From a virus (Duplodnaviria; Caudoviricetes), in IMG/VR virus record IMGVR_UViG_3300009157_000023, positions 1 through 55,538 of that record: a DNA stretch of 55,538 nt. One strand, written 5' to 3'. This document shows positions 49,787-55,538 of this stretch, in pieces. Made by a program: the position numbers and the translations under genes. Position 1 is the stretch's first letter. Every line of letters starts with the position of its first letter. The notes under the pieces were generated by a model. That model made no database searches and was not told the origin of the DNA. It saw nothing but the letters and a program-made list of their open reading frames with translations.

Positions 49787-51657
49787 TGGCCGTCATAAAA
49801 AACATATATGGCCTTTATATCTACAACCAGGCAAATGATTACTGGTTAGGCGATATCGCTCTTGCTTATGACAAGCAGCCCGGCGCAAGCAATTACGGAT
49901 TAATCTCAGGCGAAGTAGTTGAAGAAATAAACGGCGAGCAATCGCTTACATTCCAGGCGGATTACAGGACAGATTACGTCGCTGTTTTGGTGGTGGGCAA
50001 TTGTGTGCGTTTGCAGGACCGGGTTGCTGATACTTATGTGCTTTACCGGATAAAGAGAGTATCCCGCTTTCGCAGTGGGCAAAAAGTTATTATCGAGTGT
50101 TTTTGTGAGCACATAAAATACGATCTTTTGAGCCGCGTTATTCCAACAGCGAAAAGATTTGTCCAGGTCACGCCGGCCACGGTGCTTGCCTATATCCTTA
50201 CCTTTTCTGACGCTTTTGTTTCCGGCACAGTCACGCCTACTACGGCGATTGATTTTGATATCGATTATGAAAGCTGCATGGAAGCGATCAAGCGCCTGGC
50301 CGAAAAAACCGGCTATGAGTGGGATGTCATAGCAGACGGCGGGGCAAACCACAAGAAAGTGAATATCCGCAACCTGGATTTCATCGCCAACGGCACCGGC
50401 GGGGCGTGTGAAGTCGCTTACGGGGTCAATCTTTTGTCGCTCAAACATACTTTGTCGCTTGACGATGGTTTTGCCAGCAGAATTGTGCCACGCGGTGGGG
50501 CGGCCATGGCCGGACAAAGAAAAAACAGCGTTGATATTTCTTCATATATGAACCCGGTTGCTATGGATGTTGTAGGCGCGATGTTCATAATCACTGCCAA
50601 TACCGGGCGGTGGATAAAACTCGATACAGATCAGCTTTTGACACAAAATGACAGCTTGAATGGCTGGTATTTATATTTCGAGGGATATACTCTTTTGATC
50701 ACCGACAGCCTAAAAACAGTAGGGGATTATGATCAACTGCAAACACTGATTACCTTCCCGGACAACAGCCTGGCAGACATGAAGGCGATAATTTTCCAGA
50801 GCCTTACCGTTCCTTCGCCTTATGTGCCGGACGCAAAGGCTGAAACCGATTATCTTAGGATGGAAAAAGTATTCCGGAACGAGGATATCGCTGATGTGCT
50901 GAATGCAGCAGGACCGGCTGGAATCTCAGATTTATCAGGTGTCTATACCGATGGTTTGTGCGAGGGCTGGGAACTGATCGACACTCCAACTGTCTCTGAG
51001 ACAGTCGATCCGGATTTTGTCAGGATAGGAACAAAGTCGCAAAAGGTAATAGCGACAGATGGCCAGGGGATCAAAAGGCCTGTTTATACGGGATCATCGG
51101 CCAGTGTCAGCTATTACGTCTGGATATATATCGAAAGCATCGATCCCAGCGCAAAACTTGTGACAAAAATAAAGGTGGGGGCAACAGAGTATTTTCCGAC
51201 AAACAAAACAACCGGCGAAGATGAGGCGGTTTACAACGGCACCGGCTGGCGGCAGATCATTGTAGAAGGCGGGGTGTGCGCGGAAGGAACTACCTCACAC
51301 GACCTTGAAATATTGGCGGACGGCGGGGCTTGTACATTTTATGTAGACGCGGTGTGCGTGGTAATGTCAGAGTACATTAACGACGAAGATAAGTTTTTCG
51401 CCTACGATAGCAGGGCGGATTTGTGGAAGCTGGCACAGACAGAACTTTTGAAGTGCAACGCTCCAAAAGTTACTTATGATGTGAGTATGGTCGATTTGTG
51501 GCAGCGCGACCGTACAACTTACATCACCAAGCTATTCAAAACCGGGGATGACATTACCATTGTAGACGCCGCACTCGGAATTAATGCAACGGTGCGGGTG
51601 ACGAAAAAGAGCTGGCAACTGACCAAGCCATGGGAGTGCAGGATCGATGTCGAATGA
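49786..51657 (+). CDS. Baseplate hub/Tal-like protein with an inserted carbohydrate-binding-like domain
   Basis: EEINGEQSLTF, CEHIKYDL, YGVNL, SRIVPRG, PKVTYDV..GDDITIVD; insert GWE..GTKSQK..W..FYVDAV. Confidence 0.8.
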   Translation: MAVIKNIYGLYIYNQANDYWLGDIALAYDKQPGASNYGLISGEVVEEINGEQSLTFQADYRTDYVAVLVVGNCVRLQDRVADTYVLYRIKRVSRFRSGQKVIIECFCEHIKYDLLSRVIPTAKRFVQVTPATVLAYILTFSDAFVSGTVTPTTAIDFDIDYESCMEAIKRLAEKTGYEWDVIADGGANHKKVNIRNLDFIANGTGGACEVAYGVNLLSLKHTLSLDDGFASRIVPRGGAAMAGQRKNSVDISSYMNPVAMDVVGAMFIITANTGRWIKLDTDQLLTQNDSLNGWYLYFEGYTLLITDSLKTVGDYDQLQTLITFPDNSLADMKAIIFQSLTVPSPYVPDAKAETDYLRMEKVFRNEDIADVLNAAGPAGISDLSGVYTDGLCEGWELIDTPTVSETVDPDFVRIGTKSQKVIATDGQGIKRPVYTGSSASVSYYVWIYIESIDPSAKLVTKIKVGATEYFPTNKTTGEDEAVYNGTGWRQIIVEGGVCAEGTTSHDLEILADGGACTFYVDAVCVVMSEYINDEDKFFAYDSRADLWKLAQTELLKCNAPKVTYDVSMVDLWQRDRTTYITKLFKTGDDITIVDAALGINATVRVTKKSWQLTKPWECRIDVE

Positions 51658-52021
51658 TTTGTCGAAAAAGTTTCTCGCGTTTTTCAAAAAGAGCGACAAA
51701 GCATCCAAGGCGATCGCAAAGAAGGAATGGGGCAATATTCAGACCGGGCGCACAGCCAGGGCGATTATCCCTACTCTCCGCGTGAAGGATGAAAACGGGG
51801 AAGTGCATGAAGCAAAGTCAGTCAATTATGCTTTGGAAGCGACAAATATTTTCGTCGCAGACGTTGATTCTTACTTTTCAAGTCACAGTTTGGAAGCGGT
51901 TTTAAAAGAACTTTTCCTTCTGATTGGCAGCGCACCGGCTGAGACATATAATGTCGTAGATTCAGCCGGAAATCAGTTGATCGACTTGAACGGTGACAAT
52001 ATAATTTCGGAAAATGAATAA
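51647..52021 (+). CDS. Tail protein (possibly the frameshifted C-terminus of the preceding gene)
   Basis: ATNIFVADVDSYFSSHSLEAVLKEL repeat also found in 52022. Confidence 0.5.
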   Translation: MSNDLSKKFLAFFKKSDKASKAIAKKEWGNIQTGRTARAIIPTLRVKDENGEVHEAKSVNYALEATNIFVADVDSYFSSHSLEAVLKELFLLIGSAPAETYNVVDSAGNQLIDLNGDNIISENE

Positions 52022-53908
52022 ATGGCTAATGTACAGCACAACAGTAAAACCGGATCCGACCTGCATGCAGCGGAGCGGGAATACGCCGGCAATCCGCACG
52101 GCAATCTGTCTGGATTGAAAGGGCAGTACTGCAAAAGTACGTCCGGCGCGACAAGCGGCAAAAGGTATGTCAATACCGATGGCACCACCGGCACGCCGAC
52201 GACGAATTGGACGGAAATCTTCGATCCGGCTGCGTTAGGGACACATGAAAGCGCGGCAAGCGCACATGACGCTGCAAATATTGATATTGCTGATGCCGGA
52301 GATTATTTCACGGGTAGTACAACTGAAGCGGCCCTGCAAGAGCTCGCTTCCGGCGCAGTATCACCAGATATAGCAGCTCACGTCAATGCAGACGGCGCAG
52401 GGGGCTCATCGGCTCCGGCAGCGAATAAGGTACATAACGCTGCAGCGGTTGATATAGAAGATGACGGTGATTTTATCACTGCAACCGATGTAGAAGGTGC
52501 GCTTCAGGAAATTGCCGAAGCCGGCTTGGACTCAAAATATTACACCGAAGGAATCGAGGACTGGTTTCCGGCAAAGCAGTGCTGGATCCGCAACACTGAG
52601 ATGAACAATAATCTTGCTCTTTCAGCGGGCACGGAGATAACTGTTGCCTCAGTCGACACCGGCGCCAATACCATAACCCTTTCCTGGTTGCCGTACAAAG
52701 AAACAATAATGAGTCCGGTCGAGGGGCAGGAGTGGGCGCTTTTGAACCTGGACCTTTATTCCGGAACAGCCGATCCGGATATCGGCGGCACCTACACCGA
52801 TCTTCTGAAAATCACCGGTGGCGTCTATGCCACAAAAGTTTTGAATTATACCGTGATTATGGGTGCGGAGGGAAACTGGCAGGCCGGACACCGGGTTTTG
52901 CTGTACAACATGTTCGAGATGGGTTGGACTTTTGGTAATTCAGGCTCTCCGATTATTTCTACAGCTGGATCTGGCTGGCGGTCAACTTATGTTGCGCCTG
53001 GCCCGATATTCCGGCATTCCAATGGCAATTACATAATGCTCGTTACCGGGGTGGACGGTTCGGGCGTGTGGAGGGTAGGCGCCTTTCAGGCGACGCCGGC
53101 TGAATTTCCTGATACCTGGACTGTCATGAACTCAGATGCCGCTATCTTCGTCCCCCAGGGTGGCACCTGGTGCCACTCACGGCTGGCTATTGTCAATAAT
53201 ATATACAAGCTGGATGCGGAAGATAGGTATATAGGATATTTTTGGGGCAAAAATTCAGGCGGTAGACTTACCACCGGCTGGGCGAAATTCGATGAGGATT
53301 TCGGTAATATAGAATATTCCACACTAGAATTGGTTTCCCGTACCTCTTCTTACGATCATCATTTTCCGACTGTGGTCCGGTACGGCGGGGTATTCCGTAT
53401 TTCGTATAATGTCGATACGGCCCCAGGCTCGCCGTCTTACGATTATTGGGACCAGAGCATGTACGAGGCTTTCTCGCTCACGCCGGAAGGTCCGTTTACC
53501 AATCCGGCGCTTATCCTTGCTATGGGGTTGACAAATGACGGGACCTTCCGCTCTTCGCATGTGACCGATCTTAACTATTTTATTTTCAGGAACCGGCTGT
53601 ATGGCCTTTTGAACGGCACCTCGCGCTACAGAACATCGGGCAACCGGGCGAACAGTATGTGCGGCCTAATGTACTGGGATGAACGCAAAGACACGCCGGC
53701 ATGGGTGGAAGATAAACGAAACCCGATCTTCATTAATCCCCTTTATGCCAGCGCGAGTTTGTGGGGTGCACAATACGAGTGGGCCTCTGATCATTTCGGC
53801 GGCCGGCAGGTTTTCATACGCAAGGGCAATACGCTTTATGTTTTCACGAATTGCAATAACGGCACAGATTCCTATAAAATCATGTATTTATCATATCAAC
53901 TTCCGTGA
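52022..53908 (+). CDS. Tail spike/receptor-binding protein with C-terminal glycoside-hydrolase-like beta-propeller
   Basis: N-terminal HxAxxIDIxDxGDxxTxxxxExALQE repeats; C-terminal SPII/NPAL/NPIF blade motifs. Confidence 0.65.
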   Translation: MANVQHNSKTGSDLHAAEREYAGNPHGNLSGLKGQYCKSTSGATSGKRYVNTDGTTGTPTTNWTEIFDPAALGTHESAASAHDAANIDIADAGDYFTGSTTEAALQELASGAVSPDIAAHVNADGAGGSSAPAANKVHNAAAVDIEDDGDFITATDVEGALQEIAEAGLDSKYYTEGIEDWFPAKQCWIRNTEMNNNLALSAGTEITVASVDTGANTITLSWLPYKETIMSPVEGQEWALLNLDLYSGTADPDIGGTYTDLLKITGGVYATKVLNYTVIMGAEGNWQAGHRVLLYNMFEMGWTFGNSGSPIISTAGSGWRSTYVAPGPIFRHSNGNYIMLVTGVDGSGVWRVGAFQATPAEFPDTWTVMNSDAAIFVPQGGTWCHSRLAIVNNIYKLDAEDRYIGYFWGKNSGGRLTTGWAKFDEDFGNIEYSTLELVSRTSSYDHHFPTVVRYGGVFRISYNVDTAPGSPSYDYWDQSMYEAFSLTPEGPFTNPALILAMGLTNDGTFRSSHVTDLNYFIFRNRLYGLLNGTSRYRTSGNRANSMCGLMYWDERKDTPAWVEDKRNPIFINPLYASASLWGAQYEWASDHFGGRQVFIRKGNTLYVFTNCNNGTDSYKIMYLSYQLP

Positions 53909-53919
53909 GGTTTACCATC

Positions 53920-55538
53920 ATGAAAAAGGTTCAAGCGGTCTTGTTTTGTCTTTTATTCTTCGCTGCGTCTTTTGTTTTTGCGCAAGAGGTGCGGATGTCG
54001 AATTATTCGCCGTGGGCCCTGGTGAACGATTCCCTTATCACCAGGCACAGTATACCGATCAAGGTCCCTGGTATGCGGTGCTCTGGCACGCTCAAGGTGG
54101 ACGGAGTCATTACCTCGAACTCCGATATTGTGCTGAATGGCACGGTAACGACCAAGCTCACCGCCTCAGATTCGGCGGTTGTAATTAAGGGCTTGCGGGT
54201 TGAGGGTCCATCCAGGCAAAAAGGCCAGGTTGAGATCGGTACCACCGGCACAACGGCTATTATTTCGACGGCCGGCAAGATCACTACGCCGGATTCAATT
54301 GCCGCTTATAATTTCAGAGCGGAAGGCGCTGGCCGGTTTAAAGGCGGAATCTTGGTGGGAACAACCGGTACAACTGCAGCGATTTCCAATGTCGGCAAGA
54401 TCACCTCTCCGGACAGTATTGTCACCGGCAAAGGCCTGCGCTCGGAAGGTCCTGCCCTGGTCAAGGGCGATTTGGAAGTACGTCTAAAGGGCGTTATCAA
54501 TGATTCGCTGCGAGTGGAAAAATCAACTTTGCTCAAGCAAAAACTGGTTGTTATGGATTCCTTGCGGGTTGAAGAATCCGTATTGCTGAAACAAAAGGCT
54601 GTTGTTAACGACAGCTTACGGGTGGAAAAAACAGCCATTATTAAAGGCGATATTGCGGCAGGTGGGAAAATTGCTATCGATGATTCTTTCAGGGTTGAGA
54701 AAACAACTCTTTTAAAAGACGATGTGACTATTAAAAGCACTAAAGATTTTTCTGTTGGAGCCGTAACTTGGACAGATGATGATTCGTTGAATGGGGCTAT
54801 TATTGCCTATATGTCAATAGATAGTTCAAAAATTGACACTTCAAGGTTTGATCAACATATTAGAAAATTAATACGTCAATTTACAGTTCCAGGATTAACC
54901 GATGCTCAAGTTCGTACTATAATTTCAGATTCAGCATGGATAAATGTAGCAGGCGACACCGCATATATTCAAACTGCTAAAATAGCAAAATTATTTGGGC
55001 TGTACAATACGGGTACAAGCAAATTAGATGGGGAAATAATTGCAAATGGTAAAATTACAAGCAACGATTCTCTAGCGAATATACTCGGGATTCGCGCAAA
55101 TGGCAATTTACGCGCCAAAGGAAACACAACGCTTGGCGCAACCGCAACGCCGGTTTATATTTCAAGCAGTGGACTGGTAAGTATAAATACATTAACCCCC
55201 ATGATAGCGGGCTTGCATATCAGTGAGGGTACTTTGCCAGCATTTAGCGCACTCAAGGGCCTGCGTCTGGGCAATCCAGATGCGGCAACGGGAGCAGGTG
55301 CAATGGCATTTTCACCGGTTGCATTGTGGAAAGCAAGCGGCTGGCATACTGACGCTGGCGGTGCGGCTGATAGCTTGCGGGCAATTGTAGGACTGCAACC
55401 GGTATCTGGAGCGGCTGTGGCAACCAGTAAATTATCATTTCAATTTTCAACCAATACAGGGGCGCTTGCGGAGAAAGCATCTTTTTCAAGCGCTGGTGTT
55501 TTTACTATCGCAGGATATGGAAGTTTCGGCGGCGCTAC
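53920..55538 (+). CDS. Signal-peptide-bearing fibre-like protein, open to the window end (absent from ORF track)
   Basis: Manual translation: MKKVQAVLFCLLFFAASFVFA|QEV..., 539 codons without a stop, with DSLRVEK repeats. Confidence 0.85.
   Translation, partial: MKKVQAVLFCLLFFAASFVFAQEVRMSNYSPWALVNDSLITRHSIPIKVPGMRCSGTLKVDGVITSNSDIVLNGTVTTKLTASDSAVVIKGLRVEGPSRQKGQVEIGTTGTTAIISTAGKITTPDSIAAYNFRAEGAGRFKGGILVGTTGTTAAISNVGKITSPDSIVTGKGLRSEGPALVKGDLEVRLKGVINDSLRVEKSTLLKQKLVVMDSLRVEESVLLKQKAVVNDSLRVEKTAIIKGDIAAGGKIAIDDSFRVEKTTLLKDDVTIKSTKDFSVGAVTWTDDDSLNGAIIAYMSIDSSKIDTSRFDQHIRKLIRQFTVPGLTDAQVRTIISDSAWINVAGDTAYIQTAKIAKLFGLYNTGTSKLDGEIIANGKITSNDSLANILGIRANGNLRAKGNTTLGATATPVYISSSGLVSINTLTPMIAGLHISEGTLPAFSALKGLRLGNPDAATGAGAMAFSPVALWKASGWHTDAGGAADSLRAIVGLQPVSGAAVATSKLSFQFSTNTGALAEKASFSSAGVFTIAGYGSFGGA

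Larger units (their letters stand above)
1..55538. mobile_element. Temperate siphovirus-like phage genome, excised/circular form, near complete
   Basis: Integrase with intact attP, repressor, replication, terminase, portal, capsid, tail tube, tape measure, fibre and lysis genes. No host housekeeping genes. The fibre gene appears to span the two ends. Confidence 0.93.

Noticed and set aside
52022-55538. Diversity-generating retroelement acting on the fibres
   Set aside because: No reverse transcriptase ORF and no near-identical template/variable repeat pair differing at adenines. The repeats are diverged protein-level repeats.

Overview
This window looks like an essentially complete, circularly permuted ~55.5 kb temperate siphovirus genome in its excised form. 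An intact attP, made of the 3' half of tRNA-Ala(GGC), sits next to a tyrosine integrase, and the same fibre gene runs off the right end and appears to resume at the left end. Modules in order: fibre C-terminus and lysis (1-3.4 kb); a promoter-driven small-gene operon containing a hammerhead-like RNA (3.5-5.9 kb); attP/integrase/immunity (6-9.4 kb); recombination, replication and accessory genes (10-23.6 kb), including a tRNA-like element with a tetraloop in place of the anticodon loop, an FN3-dockerin plus cohesin-lipoprotein pair, and a peptide deformylase; packaging and a T4-like head with a fused protease-scaffold-capsid polyprotein and an intein-containing head protein (23.7-38 kb); and a siphovirus tail interrupted by a glycosyltransferase/methyltransferase cassette (38-55.5 kb). 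Most notable: several proteins in the virion operons, including the terminal fibre, carry Sec signal peptides cleaved before Gln, and the fibre is strongly enriched in the Bacteroidota-type O-glycosylation sequon D-(S/T)-(A/I/L/V/M/T). This suggests the phage exports virion parts to be glycosylated by the host. The host is inferred, not proven, to be an FCB-group bacterium that uses Shine-Dalgarno sites (KSB1/Calditrichota-like). All family calls are by motif recognition only; no searches were run.
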